DNA of 64,000 bases from Longimicrobiales bacterium (GTDB lineage Bacteria > Gemmatimonadota > Gemmatimonadetes > Longimicrobiales > Gaopeijiaceae). Below the pieces are notes generated by a model that saw nothing but the letters and a program-made list of their open reading frames with translations, was not told where the DNA came from and ran no database searches. Positions 21,401 through 30,386 of this stretch are shown in pieces. A program made the position numbers and the translations under genes. Position 1 is the stretch's first letter. Each line of letters opens with the position of its first letter. The DNA is taken from positions 832,001 to 896,000 of the forward strand of contig CBDCNQ010000005.1 of assembly GCA_965219445.1 (NCBI GenBank). Direction: 5' to 3'.

Positions 21401-22282
21401 TTTTCCGTCCTCCTCGAGGTGGCGCTCCAGCCGTGCGGATGGCTGGCCGCCTACGTGGGCTCGGCTCTGACGTCCGAGGATGATTTGCGATTCCGGAACC
21501 TCGGTGGAGACGCGATCCAGCTGGCGCGCCTGACGGCCGCCGCCGACGTGATCACGACGCGAGTGAATCTGACGGGTGTATCCGCATCGGGTGGCATGGT
21601 CATCCAGCATTACACTGTGGCCCTGGATAGCGAGCGCGTCGGGCCCCTCTACGAGGGCTCCACATACTTCGGCTTCTTTTCCGATCAGTCCTTGGCGGAT
21701 CAGGTAGGTATCCGCGACGCGCCGATTCACGAGCCCACCCTCGCCGAGAGGGACAGAGGCGGTAGCCTGGTGATGCCGCACACCCCGCCCTTCCCCGAAC
21801 CCTGGTTCCGCATGGTCAATCAGATCGACCTCCTCGTGGCTGACGGCGGCCCCTGCGGGCTCGGGTGGGTGCACGGCTCGATCGCGGTCGATCCGAGCGC
21901 TTGGTTTTTCGAGGCCCACTTCTACCAAGATCCCGTCTGGCCCGGCTCGCTGGGCCTCGAGGCTTTCATTCAGTTGCTCAAGGTCTACGCCGCGGACCGG
22001 TGGGACCTGGGAGAGAGCACGGAATTCGCGACGATGGCCGCTGGGGAGACTGCAGGGGGGACTGCCGGCGGGAAGGCGGCCGGAGGAGATGCGGACAGGG
22101 GGCAGCGGCACCGCTGGACGTACCGCGGACAGATCGTTCCGGGTTGCGAGCGGGTAGAGGTGTTCGCCAGCATCACGGACGTGGACGACATCCACAAGCT
22201 GGTGCGCGCCGACGGGTTTCTCAGGGTGGACGGCCGAACGATCTACACGATGAACGACTTTAGCTTGGGTGTGATCGCTTGA
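15404..22282 (+). CDS. pfaBC: PUFA synthase KS-CLF-AT-FabA-type DH (PfaB/C fusion, Pfa3-like)
   Basis: KS DAACSS/HATGT/GHL; CLF with Cys replaced (SSEETS); AT GYSLG; FabA-like domains FLTCHFSDDQVMPGTL and FEAHFYQDPVWPGSLG. Confidence 0.92.
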   Translation: MPEPIAIVGLGGVLPGAATLDEFWSVVEAGVDTASDPPPGRWCLDLERAYSKDQAQPDRVHSRRACFVRDFEFDVQGFDLPRELVESLDPMVHLALHAGREAWRDSVTEAVDPARVGVMLGNIVLPTASASAMADWILGRRFERELFRAAGVPMPPETRAPVSAINRWVAGLPAAMLARGLGFGGDRFCIDAACSSSLFTVELAVDALRQGRLDAVLAGGLSRPDSLYTQMGFSQLLAVSPTGRCSPFDRKSDGLVVGEGAGVLVLKRLSDARQQGDRIRAVIHAVGLSNDVEGSLLAPSQEGQLRAMQGAYRAAGWMPSQVDMVECHATGTPVGDSVEFASLRALWTEEEYEPGRCVIGSAKSNTGHLLTGAGAVGLLKTVLAMENQVLPPTANFEQPGEKIDLDGSPFRVLAAAGPWTSPPAHPRRAAVSGFGFGGTNAHVLLEEPTEPARGRSAVSVTEPSHEATTPAREVTAPHETGAADVAIVGMGARVGPWKNVVEVADRLMGRGEDHPARAKVNHWGLPDAPVGWFIEELEIPIGRFKIPPREVEEALPQQMLMLQIAEHAIADADLNRVDRLRTGVFIGVELDLNTTNYHLRWAVRSRAADWAAQLGRHTHGEEFDQWVDELCDSLTPALNANRTIGGLGSIAASRIAREFGLGGPSYVISSEETSGLSALYAASRALQQGRIDCAVVGAVDLAGDVRAMISRASMDGSATPSDGAVALVLKRPPDAERDGDRVYGIVRAVGSAGGDSTAPDSDSPDLHGSIRAAIHRSCEYAEVASGDIPYVEAHGWGIAGWDPAEMTALSKALGPDTVLGCTKAHVGHTGAAAGLMSVLGATLSLYRQVLPAAPGGSAGALTALDDPTPWVRDRVDGPRRTGVLAVSRGGSCSHVIVEEPGVGAAAKSLKSPANAPLTWPGDLPLGEGLFVVEGDDTEEIVAGLRILTDAATTPVVVAAPIHRLAKEWWLDHPNRPDAPLAITLIARDASELGGLARSAADRLQRGDDPSDRSAGRVSFSRDPLGPKGELAFVYPGSGSQYAGMGRELCLQWPQILRAQDPANERLRSQLKASEIWGSASDTKDARTVVLSQVAFGTITTDLMAGFGVRPQAVVGYSLGETAGLFSLGAWHERDEMLRRVTDSELFVSDLTGRCNAARKAWGVADDAAVEWSVGVVETPADRAREVIAELDRVYLLIVNTPDECVIGGDRSAVQRAVEMLGCPFHSLEGVTTVHCEVAKAVAEEYRDLHVLDTRRPEDTRFYSGAWGEVYEVDQDRAADSLLAQAIHGVDFPKTVRQAYDDGVRIFLEMGPGGSCTRMIHKILDGVPFRARSLSSSTQDEPSAVLRALGMLIAERVPVDLAQLYPEGRRAEDESGPFTRISVGQASFGALPLAPQGPPQVPLALEAGAIRFDSGVIPLDSGAVSAELSEAVRASEATIRAHEAYLRAAQRTQELAQGEYARQQELIRALSGDGAALAVGGAPGTTVSTSQPSAPTFTMDRDQLMEFAVGSIGRALGERFAHVDHHPTRVRLPDEPLMLVDRITNIEAEPQSMTSGRVMTEHDVLEDGWYLDGGRLPTCIAVEAGQADLLLSGYLGIDSQTKGLAVYRLLDAVVSFHSALPRPGQVIQYDIRILRFFRQGDTWLFRFQFDATVNGRPLLTMREGTAGFFTQGELEAGRGIVRRGIDEQDVTGNRPDDWQELAPMAKEALGEERLAALRAGDLVGAFGEDFSDLGVARPLTIPGERMQLVHRVTALDPRGGRYGIGSIVAEADIRPDDWFLTCHFSDDQVMPGTLMYECCLHTLRIFLLRMGWIAEDESATWQPVVGVKSRLRCRGQVLPSTKRVTYEIHLRELGYQPEPYVMADALMYADGKLIVEIRDMSVRLTGTDRQKLEGMWAQRSPGRDAAPVSIESPPILYDKQSILAFGSGKPSEAYGDLYRVFDQGERRIARLPRPPYQFLDRISAVEGEPFVMQAGASATAHFDVRPDHWYFGSNRQREMPFSVLLEVALQPCGWLAAYVGSALTSEDDLRFRNLGGDAIQLARLTAAADVITTRVNLTGVSASGGMVIQHYTVALDSERVGPLYEGSTYFGFFSDQSLADQVGIRDAPIHEPTLAERDRGGSLVMPHTPPFPEPWFRMVNQIDLLVADGGPCGLGWVHGSIAVDPSAWFFEAHFYQDPVWPGSLGLEAFIQLLKVYAADRWDLGESTEFATMAAGETAGGTAGGKAAGGDADRGQRHRWTYRGQIVPGCERVEVFASITDVDDIHKLVRADGFLRVDGRTIYTMNDFSLGVIA

Positions 22283-23358
22283 GATATTCGCGTGTTGTCG
22301 TCGACCGCTTCGGATACGAGCTCGCTCCGTGTGTGGTTACGTCCGACGAATTGGAAGATCGGCTCGCTCCGGTCTACCAGAAGCTGCATGTCCAGCCGGG
22401 ACAGCTCTTCCAGATGACCGGCATTCAAGAACGTCGCTATTGGGAGCCTGGTTATTCGGTGTCCCAGGGAGCTACCGCGGCGGCGGAGCACGCGCTCCGT
22501 GACTCGCCTGTACCCGCGAGCGCCCTCGACATGTTGATCTACGCGGGTGTGTGCCGTGAGCACTTCGAGCCGGCCACGGCGTGCCACGTCGCGGCCGGCC
22601 TCCAGCGTGTGGGGCAGCTGATCGACCCGTCGGCACACGTCTACGACGTCAGCAACGCCTGCCTCGGTGTGTTGAACGGGGTACTCGACATCGCCAACCG
22701 AATCGAGTTGGGGCAGATCCGGGCGGGAATGGTGGTCAGCTGCGAGACCGCGCGAGACATCGTCGATGCGACGATCAAGCGGTTGATCGACAATCCGGTG
22801 ATGGAGGAGTTCCGGACCGCCATCGCCACGCTCACCGGCGGGTCGGCCGCGGTCGCGGTGATTCTGAGTGACGGGTCTTTCGGGGAGTCCGACCGGCGGC
22901 GCCTCCGTGGAGGCGTGGTCGAAAACGCCCCCGAGCATCACCTGCTGTGCCGATGGGGCCTGGAAACCCATCCCGATGGACAGGCGAACGGGATCGAAGC
23001 GAGCCTCCGCGAGTTCGCCAGCACCGACGCCGCAGCCGTCCTCGAGCACGGGGTCGCACTGGGGGCACGTACGTGGGACAAGTTCCTCGCGGAGATGCAG
23101 TGGCCGGTCCAGGACGTGGACCGCACGGTGTGTCACCAAGTGGGTTCAGCGCATCGGGACGTCATGCTTCGGACCATGGGCCTATCTCCCGAACACGACT
23201 TCGTGACCTATGAGTACCTCGGGAATACCGGCACAGCCGCCCTCCCCGTTGCCGCCGCGCTGGCGGACGAACGCGGATTCCTGGAGCCCGGCCACAAGGT
23301 GGGACTCCTCGGTATCGGCAGCGGCCTCAACTGCATGATGCTCGGAGTGGACTGGTGA
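22279..23358 (+). CDS. oleA: OleA thiolase-fold head-to-head condensing enzyme
   Basis: EPATA (catalytic Glu), SNACLG (Cys), CHQVG (His), LLGIGSGLN; first of the ABCD block. Confidence 0.9.
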   Translation: MRYSRVVVDRFGYELAPCVVTSDELEDRLAPVYQKLHVQPGQLFQMTGIQERRYWEPGYSVSQGATAAAEHALRDSPVPASALDMLIYAGVCREHFEPATACHVAAGLQRVGQLIDPSAHVYDVSNACLGVLNGVLDIANRIELGQIRAGMVVSCETARDIVDATIKRLIDNPVMEEFRTAIATLTGGSAAVAVILSDGSFGESDRRRLRGGVVENAPEHHLLCRWGLETHPDGQANGIEASLREFASTDAAAVLEHGVALGARTWDKFLAEMQWPVQDVDRTVCHQVGSAHRDVMLRTMGLSPEHDFVTYEYLGNTGTAALPVAAALADERGFLEPGHKVGLLGIGSGLNCMMLGVDW

Positions 23359-24416
23359 GCGGGCTCTACCCGTTCGATCCGCACTACATCGAGGTCGGTG
23401 GTCGCTCGGCTGGCCGGGGCGCATCCGGGAGCGCCGGTGCGCCCGAGGGTGGCGGTGCGCCCGAGGGTGGCGGCACGTCCGAGGGCGGTGGCCACCGAAT
23501 GCATTACGTGGACGAGGGCCGGGGAGACCCTGTTCTCATGGTGCACGGTAACCCGAGTTGGTCCTTCTTCTACCGGGATCTGATCAGGGACTTGAAGACG
23601 AGTCACCGCGTGATCGCTCCGGATCACATCGGATGTGGGCGCTCCGACAAGCCCGACGACGATCACTACGATTACACGTTGTCGACACGGGTAGCGGACC
23701 TCGGCATGCTCGTCGACTCGCTCGACCTTCGTGATATCACTCTGGTCGTGCACGACTGGGGCGGTGTGATCGGGATGGCCTGGGCAGTCCAACACCCGGA
23801 TCGGATCGCGAGGCTGGTCGTCATGAACACGGCCGCATTTCCTCTACCGGCCACCGAGAACCTGCCGGCCTTGCTCGCGCTGGCACGTACTCGGGGGATC
23901 GGGGCCCTGCTCGTCCGGGGTGCCAACGCCTTTTGTCGGGGTGCCGTAAGGTACTGTGTGACGCGCCGGCCGATGTCCAAGGCGGTCGCCGCAGGTTACC
24001 TCGAGCCGTACGACACCTGGGCGCACCGCATCGCCGTGCATCGCTTCGTGCAGGACATTCCGCTCAAGGAAAACGATCGGGCCTACCCAATCGTGAGGGA
24101 AACGGCCGACGCGCTCACCCGACTGGCCGACAAACCGATGTTGATTTGTTGGGGCCTCAAGGATTTCGTCTTCGGCCACCAATTCCTGGACGAGTGGGTC
24201 CACCGATTCCCGAATGCCGATGTCCAACGCTTCGAAGACTGCGGTCACTACATCCTGGAGGACGCCGGGGATGAAATCACTCCGCTCGTCCGCAAATTCG
24301 TCGACGGTCAGTCAGGAAGTCATCAAGACCCCCGGCCAGAAGATCATCCAGATAGCCGCCTCAGAACTCACCTAGACGATCATTCCGAGACCCGACCGAC
24401 GGACAGGTCGGCATGA
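23355..24416 (+). CDS. oleB: OleB beta-lactone decarboxylase (haloalkane dehalogenase-like)
   Basis: HGNPSW, VHDWGG (Asp nucleophile), GHY; lies between oleA and oleC. Confidence 0.88.
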   Translation: MSGLYPFDPHYIEVGGRSAGRGASGSAGAPEGGGAPEGGGTSEGGGHRMHYVDEGRGDPVLMVHGNPSWSFFYRDLIRDLKTSHRVIAPDHIGCGRSDKPDDDHYDYTLSTRVADLGMLVDSLDLRDITLVVHDWGGVIGMAWAVQHPDRIARLVVMNTAAFPLPATENLPALLALARTRGIGALLVRGANAFCRGAVRYCVTRRPMSKAVAAGYLEPYDTWAHRIAVHRFVQDIPLKENDRAYPIVRETADALTRLADKPMLICWGLKDFVFGHQFLDEWVHRFPNADVQRFEDCGHYILEDAGDEITPLVRKFVDGQSGSHQDPRPEDHPDSRLRTHLDDHSETRPTDRSA

Positions 24417-26143
24417 ACGGAGCTGGGGCCGGTCCGGCACCAGAACCCCAGCCTCCTGTCGGCTCCGACGCGGCCATAGAGCGGGGCGCCCTCGACCACA
24501 CCAATGTCGCCGCCTTCCTAGCCGATCTGGCCCGGAGCCAGCCGGATGCTCTTGCGGTGGCCGTCTCCGATGGGCGAAACCCGGACGGATCCGCCCGGTA
24601 TGCCGAGCTGACCGCCCTCGAACTGCATCGCCGCTCCGATCGTATCGCTCATGCGCTTGTGGGGGTTGGAATCGACGTCGGCGTTCGGACCGTGCTCATG
24701 GTGGAGCCGAGTCTGGACTTCTTCTCGTTGACTTTTGCGATGCTCAAGATCGGCGCGATCCCGGTCATGGTGGATCCAGGCATGGGGATCAGGAACCTCG
24801 GCGAATGCCTCGGTGAAGCCGAACCAGAGGCCTTCATCGGCGTCCCCAAGGCACATGCGGCGAGGGTCGTTCTGGGGTGGGCAAAATCGACCGTAAGAAC
24901 CAGAGTGACCGTAGGGCACAGGTTGTTCTGGGGGGGGCATACGCTGAGCAGGTTGGAGGCGAAGGCGACGCGCGAGCCCTTCCCGATCCTGGAGCCGGAC
25001 CCCGAACAGACCGCTGCAATCCTCTTCACGAGCGGGAGCACCGGGGTGCCCAAGGGGGTCGTCACGCCCTTCCGGGTCTTCGCGGCACAGCTGAAGACGC
25101 TCAAAGAGGCATACGGCATCCAACCAGGGGAACGCGACCTGGCGACCTTTCCGCTCTTCGCGCTGTTCGGTCCGGCCCTCGGCATGGCCTCGGTGGTCCC
25201 GAACATGGACGCGAGCCGCCCGGCAGAGGCCGATCCCGGGGGCCTCTTCGAGGCATTCCGAGACTACACGTGCACCAATCTGTTCGCCTCGCCGGCCCTC
25301 ATCGACAGACTCGGGCGGTACTGCACCGATCAGGGCCTCGAGTTGACCTCGCTTCGGAGAGCCATCTCGGCGGGCGCGCCGGCGTCGAGCTCCGCACTCG
25401 AGCGATTCCAAAAGTGTCTTCCGGACGGGGTCGAGGTCCTGACCTCGTACGGAGCGACCGAGTCCCTCCCGGTGTCTTTTCTCGGAAGCCGGACCATCCT
25501 GCGGGAGACACGACAGCTCACGGACCAGGGCGGTGGGGTGTGCGTGGGCCGCCCCATTCCTGGCATGGACGTGCGGATCGTGCCGATCCATGATCGACCG
25601 ATCGAGATATGGACCGAGGATCTCGAGCTCCCCCACGGAGAGATCGGTGAAATCGTCGTGCGTGGAGCGGTCGTGACACCGTCCTACTACAAGCGGGCAC
25701 AAGAGACGAAGCTCGCCAAGATCCCCACCGAAAATGGGGACGTCTGGCACCGGATGGGCGATGTCGGCTACTTCGACGACCAGGGCAGACTCTGGATGTG
25801 TGGTCGCAAGGGCCACCGTGTGGAGGCCGAAACGGGTACGATGTACACGATCCCCTGTGAGGCCGTGTTCAACACACATCCAGCCGTTCGACGGAGTGCC
25901 TTGGTGGGCGTCAAACGTGAGGGCAAGACCACCATGCCCCTGCTCTGCGTAGAACGGGTGCAGGAAGCTAAAATCAAAAACGGCCGACTCACAGAAGAGT
26001 TGCTCGAGATGGCCCGGAGCCACGAACACACACGGGCGATCAGCATCGTGCTCTACCACCCCTCCTTTCCCGTAGACGTTCGCCACAACACGAAGATATT
26101 CCGGGAGAAGCTGGCGGTGTGGGCCCGCAAGGAGTTGGCATGA
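24413..26143 (+). CDS. oleC: OleC beta-lactone synthetase (ANL adenylation family)
   Basis: FTSGSTGVPKG, YGATE, WHRMGD, CGRK, VDVRHNTKI. Confidence 0.9.
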   Translation: MNGAGAGPAPEPQPPVGSDAAIERGALDHTNVAAFLADLARSQPDALAVAVSDGRNPDGSARYAELTALELHRRSDRIAHALVGVGIDVGVRTVLMVEPSLDFFSLTFAMLKIGAIPVMVDPGMGIRNLGECLGEAEPEAFIGVPKAHAARVVLGWAKSTVRTRVTVGHRLFWGGHTLSRLEAKATREPFPILEPDPEQTAAILFTSGSTGVPKGVVTPFRVFAAQLKTLKEAYGIQPGERDLATFPLFALFGPALGMASVVPNMDASRPAEADPGGLFEAFRDYTCTNLFASPALIDRLGRYCTDQGLELTSLRRAISAGAPASSSALERFQKCLPDGVEVLTSYGATESLPVSFLGSRTILRETRQLTDQGGGVCVGRPIPGMDVRIVPIHDRPIEIWTEDLELPHGEIGEIVVRGAVVTPSYYKRAQETKLAKIPTENGDVWHRMGDVGYFDDQGRLWMCGRKGHRVEAETGTMYTIPCEAVFNTHPAVRRSALVGVKREGKTTMPLLCVERVQEAKIKNGRLTEELLEMARSHEHTRAISIVLYHPSFPVDVRHNTKIFREKLAVWARKELA

Positions 26144-27156
26144 GGGCGCTCGTGACCGGAGCGGGCGGGTTCCTGGGAGGAGCCATCGCCCGGACCCTGC
26201 GTGACCGGGGAGATGACGTCAGAGGCTTTTCCCGCGGAGACCACCCGGAGTTGGCCGGCTACGGGATCGGGCAGCATCAGGGGGATCTTGCAGACCGCGA
26301 AGCGGTCATCGCCGCTACCCATGGAGTCGACGCCGTCTTCCACGCCGCTGCGAAGGTAGGAGCGGGAGGCCGGCACGCCGACTTCTACGTTACCAACGTC
26401 ACGGGCACCGAAAACGTGATCGCGGCTTGCCGAGAGTGCGGTGTGCCGGCCCTCGTCTACACTTCAACACCGAGCGTGGTATCGGGACTCACGGATCTAG
26501 ATGGCGCCGACGAGTCGCTAGCCTACCCCACGCATTACGACGCGGACTACGGCCAGACCAAGGCGGAAGCCGAGCAGCTGGTTCTCTCCGTCGCCTCCGA
26601 CGAACTCAAAACCGTAGCGCTCCGCCCCCCACTCATCTGGGGTCCCGGTGACACCTCCTTGCTCCCCCGCGTGGTCGAGCGGGGGAGGAGCGGCGTGCTC
26701 CGACGGATCAAGGGACCGCCCAAGCGGCAGGATATCACCTATGTCGATGACGCGGTGCAGGCCCATTTGCTAGCTGCGGATAGGCTTCTGGGCGGCGGAG
26801 AGGAAGCACGGCAGATCAGCGGCCGAGCTTATTTTGTGAGTTCTGGTCAACCCGTGGAGATCTGGAATTTCGTGAACGGGCTACTCGAGGCTTCCGGTGT
26901 CCCGCCCGTTCGGAAGAGTGTATCACTACCAATGGCACTCGTGGTGGGCTGGGTCCTCGAGAAGGCCCACGCACTCTCGGGCGCGGAGGGTGATCCCCGC
27001 ATGAGCCGCTGGATGGTGCGCCAACTCACGAACGCACGCTGGTTCGACATCAGCGCGGCACGGCGGGATCTCGGGTACGAGCCGCGGGTGTCTCTGGAAG
27101 AAGGGATGAACCGCCTGAAGGCGTGGATCGATGAGCAGGACCGAGAGCCACTGTGA
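26140..27156 (+). CDS. oleD: OleD 2-alkyl-3-oxoalkanoate reductase (3-beta-HSD-like SDR)
   Basis: TGAGGFLG, YTSTPSVV, YGQTK. ATG 26140 has an AAGGAG RBS and overlaps the oleC stop. Confidence 0.9.
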   Translation: MRALVTGAGGFLGGAIARTLRDRGDDVRGFSRGDHPELAGYGIGQHQGDLADREAVIAATHGVDAVFHAAAKVGAGGRHADFYVTNVTGTENVIAACRECGVPALVYTSTPSVVSGLTDLDGADESLAYPTHYDADYGQTKAEAEQLVLSVASDELKTVALRPPLIWGPGDTSLLPRVVERGRSGVLRRIKGPPKRQDITYVDDAVQAHLLAADRLLGGGEEARQISGRAYFVSSGQPVEIWNFVNGLLEASGVPPVRKSVSLPMALVVGWVLEKAHALSGAEGDPRMSRWMVRQLTNARWFDISAARRDLGYEPRVSLEEGMNRLKAWIDEQDREPL

Positions 27157-27210
27157 GGTGTCACCGACGGTCCGGAATCCGACCTGAGGCTGGCCTGAAC
27201 AGAGGTCCAC

Positions 27211-27924
27211 ATGCCTGAGCCCTGGCGCCCGGCACAGGAATGGCGACCTGCCGACGAGAGTGTCATCGACATCTGGCTCTTCGAGCTCGAGGCCAAGGAC
27301 GAAGACTGGGCGATCCTCACTCCGGATGAAGCACAGGCCGTCCGGCGCATCGTCGTGGATGAGAAGCGGGACCGGAAGGCCTCCGCACGAGCGCACCTAC
27401 GCCGCATACTCGCTCGCTACGTGGGCATCCGCCCGCGGGATGTGAGATTTGCCTACGGGGAGCACGGAAAACCGACACTCGCTGAGCGCGACGAGCCCCG
27501 ATTCAACCTGTCCGACTCTGAGTTGAAGGGGCTCGCCGCCGTCTCCTGGGGAGCCCGAATCGGCGTTGATATCGAGTTCGCGCGGGAGGGGCGATCGTTC
27601 ACGGACATCGCAGATCGCTTTTTCGCCCAAGCCGAGAGCGCCGCACTGCGGGCGCTCCCGTCCGACGACCACCGGGTGGCGTTTTACAGAGCCTGGACCA
27701 GGAAGGAAGCCTACCTGAAGGCCTGGGGAACCGGCCTGAGTTTCGGAGCGGATCGCTTTACGCTCGACTACATTGGAGAGGGTCCGGGAAGCCTCCTGGC
27801 CACGGAGATGCCGGAGGACGACGCCTCCAGATGGCGGTTCAGGGACGTCGAGGTCGGCCCGGCTTACGTCGGAGCAATTTGCTTCGAGGGTGTCGACCGC
27901 CCGATGCGGTGGTGGGCCATCTAG
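27211..27924 (+). CDS. pfaE: Sfp-type 4'-phosphopantetheinyl transferase
   Basis: GKP, FNLSDS, GVDIE, WTRKEAYLKA. Confidence 0.9.
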   Translation: MPEPWRPAQEWRPADESVIDIWLFELEAKDEDWAILTPDEAQAVRRIVVDEKRDRKASARAHLRRILARYVGIRPRDVRFAYGEHGKPTLAERDEPRFNLSDSELKGLAAVSWGARIGVDIEFAREGRSFTDIADRFFAQAESAALRALPSDDHRVAFYRAWTRKEAYLKAWGTGLSFGADRFTLDYIGEGPGSLLATEMPEDDASRWRFRDVEVGPAYVGAICFEGVDRPMRWWAI

Positions 27925-28078
27925 GGCACACCCGAGAACAACTACCATACCCCTCAGCGCATCGAGCCCCGCTTGAGAAGCGGGTTGGCTGTCGGACCTT
28001 GAAGCGCCTGACATCTCTGGCGTACTTATCGGGAGCCTTCTTTCTCTCTGCTGATCCAATAATTCGAGATATACGATC

Positions 28079-29092
28079 ATGATCATCATCACGAGGCACG
28101 ACGTCACCGACGAAGAGCTGGACCATATCCGGGAGCGGGTGGAGGCCTTCGGGCTTCAGACCCACGTGTCCCGGGGAAAGCACCGTACGGTGGTCGGATG
28201 TATCGGAGACGAGGAAGTGCTGGCCGGCGTCCCGCTCCTATCAATCCCGGGCGTCGAGGCCGTTCACACGGTCATGAAGCCCTACAAGTTGGCGAGCCTC
28301 CAGTTCGCCGCCGAACCGACCAGAGTCCCGATGGGCGGCACCGCCGTCGGCGACACGCCTGTGGCGGTCGTGGCGGGGCCGTGTTCGGTGGAGGGCCTCG
28401 ATATGCTCGGCGAGACGGCCCGACACGTAAAAAAGGCAGGGGCCGTCGGGCTGCGTGGTGGAGCGTTTAAGCCGCGCAGTTCACCCTACTCGTTCGACGG
28501 CCTGGGCGAGGAGGGGCTCAAGATGCTCGCGGACGTGCGTGCCGAGACCGGCCTTCCCGTTGTGACCGAGGTCATGGATGCACGGCAGGCGGACCTGGTC
28601 GCGGAATACGCCGACGTGCTCCAAATCGGAGCTCGCAACATGCAGAACTTTACCCTCCTTACCGAAGTGGGGAGACTGCATCGGCCCATCCTGCTCAAAC
28701 GTGGAATGGCGGCCACCGTGGAGGATCTGCTCTTGGCGGCAGAATACGTGATGAAACAGGGAAACAAGAACGTGATCCTTTGTGAACGAGGCATCAGGAC
28801 CTTTTCCGACGCGACGAGAAACACCTTCGACCTGGCAGCCATCCCGGTGCTCAAAAAGGAGACGCATCTGCCCGTGATCGCCGATCCGAGTCACGCTGCG
28901 GGCCGGCGCGATCTTGTAGCCGCGCTCTCATACGCGGCGGTCGCCGCCGGAGCAGACGGATTGTTGATCGAGGTGCATCCTCTACCCGAGGAGGCAGTCT
29001 CAGATGGCGATCAGTCGCTCATGTTCGACGAATTCGACGCGCTCATGGAGGGTCTGGAGCCCGTCGCCGCAGCCGTGGGTAGGAGTCTGTAG
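28079..29092 (+). CDS. aroF: DAHP synthase type I-beta with N-terminal regulatory domain
   Basis: [40 protein letters not shown]. Confidence 0.93.
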   Translation: MIIITRHDVTDEELDHIRERVEAFGLQTHVSRGKHRTVVGCIGDEEVLAGVPLLSIPGVEAVHTVMKPYKLASLQFAAEPTRVPMGGTAVGDTPVAVVAGPCSVEGLDMLGETARHVKKAGAVGLRGGAFKPRSSPYSFDGLGEEGLKMLADVRAETGLPVVTEVMDARQADLVAEYADVLQIGARNMQNFTLLTEVGRLHRPILLKRGMAATVEDLLLAAEYVMKQGNKNVILCERGIRTFSDATRNTFDLAAIPVLKKETHLPVIADPSHAAGRRDLVAALSYAAVAAGADGLLIEVHPLPEEAVSDGDQSLMFDEFDALMEGLEPVAAAVGRSL

Positions 29093-29106
29093 CCCGAGGC
29101 GTGCAC

Positions 29107-30354
29107 TCATTCCGGCTTGAATTCATCCGTCGCCTTGGGTGTTAGCGCATGCAAATACGCTGCCAACGTGGAGTATTCTCGGCTGTCGATATCCATGATG
29201 GAGAGCGCCATCTGATAGGCATCACCCTCTTTTCCGTACACACGAACGACTCGGGCGTAGGCCTTTACTTCCTGATCGCCGTCAGGAAGGCTCAGAACGA
29301 ATTCGACCATCGAGTTCAATGCGAGTGGCTCTTTCGCCCTGAGACGCAGGCCCTGCTCACTGATGTTCAGCGTGGAAAACGGGAGGGCGTCTTTCTTCAG
29401 GGCGCGGATCTCCCCCTCCAGCTCGACTTCAACCCTCCGGAGCGCGCGGCGATTGGCGCCGTAGGATTGGGCCAGGTTCTTCCCCTTCGCTTTGGCGGTA
29501 TACATGGCCCGGTCGGCACAGCGAATAAGAGCTTCGGGCGCCACGGCGTCCACCGGATAGGACGCCACCCCCAGACTGATGGTCACCCCGTCCCCTGGCC
29601 CGGATTGAGGCAACTCTAGATCGGCGATCGAGCGGCACACCCGATCCGCTACCTGTCCCGCATCCTCCTTCGACGTTTCAGGCATGATGAGCACGAATTC
29701 CTCGCCTCCATACCGCGCCGCGACGTCCTGGTCTCTCCCGACCGCCTGGAGAGCGTAACCGACGGCCTTTAGCGCTTCATTGCCGGCGTCGTGACCGAAT
29801 CGATCGTTGTAGGACTTGAAGTTGTCGAGGTCGCCCATCGCGATTGAAAACTCGCCGCCGCTCCTCTCGCAGCGCTTCACCTCCCACCGAAGGAACTCCT
29901 GGAAAAACCGGAAGTTGTGGAGACCCGTGAGTTCATCTTTGTACGCGGAGTCGCGAGTCTCTTCGAAGAGCTTGAGCTCGATGACCTTGGGATTTTTCAG
30001 CTTCTGGCTCACCTGCACGAAGTAGCTTACCAGCGCGACAGATAAATCCATCGCGTAGCCAACCGCATCCTCTAGTTCTTTCCCGTGGAGGATCAGCGCC
30101 TTCCAGTGCTTCCGGGCCTCATCCGGCTCGAAACGCATGTGGGTGAGCAGGTAGAGCAACTCGACGTACACGACCGCGCCCTCCTGCTCCTCCAGCTTCT
30201 GGAGGGCCGCGACGAGAGAGTCGATGCTGAGGTCGTCCCCTTAAAGAAGGCCATAGATGACCTCGACGATCTCCGGCTTCCAGGGCTCGGGGGCACTGTC
30301 CGGATACGGTGAGGCCCGGCCTGATCCCGCAAGAACGTCTTCTCTAGTCGACAT
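29107..30354 (-). CDS. Diguanylate cyclase (GGEEF) with C-terminal PilZ; in-frame TAA at codon 38 (30241-30243)
   Basis: RDQD I-site, RYGGEEF, PilZ RRALR and NISEQG. ATG 30354 has a GGGAG RBS and is in frame with ORF 29107-30171, interrupted by one TAA. Confidence 0.8.
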
Positions 30355-30386
30355 CTATCACTCCCACGCGATGATTATTCAAAGGA

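Noticed and set aside
7204..26086. Long antisense ORFs (e.g. 12804-14468, 20501-22195, 24518-26086)
   Set aside because: They are shadow ORFs of high-GC coding strands with no recognisable motifs.
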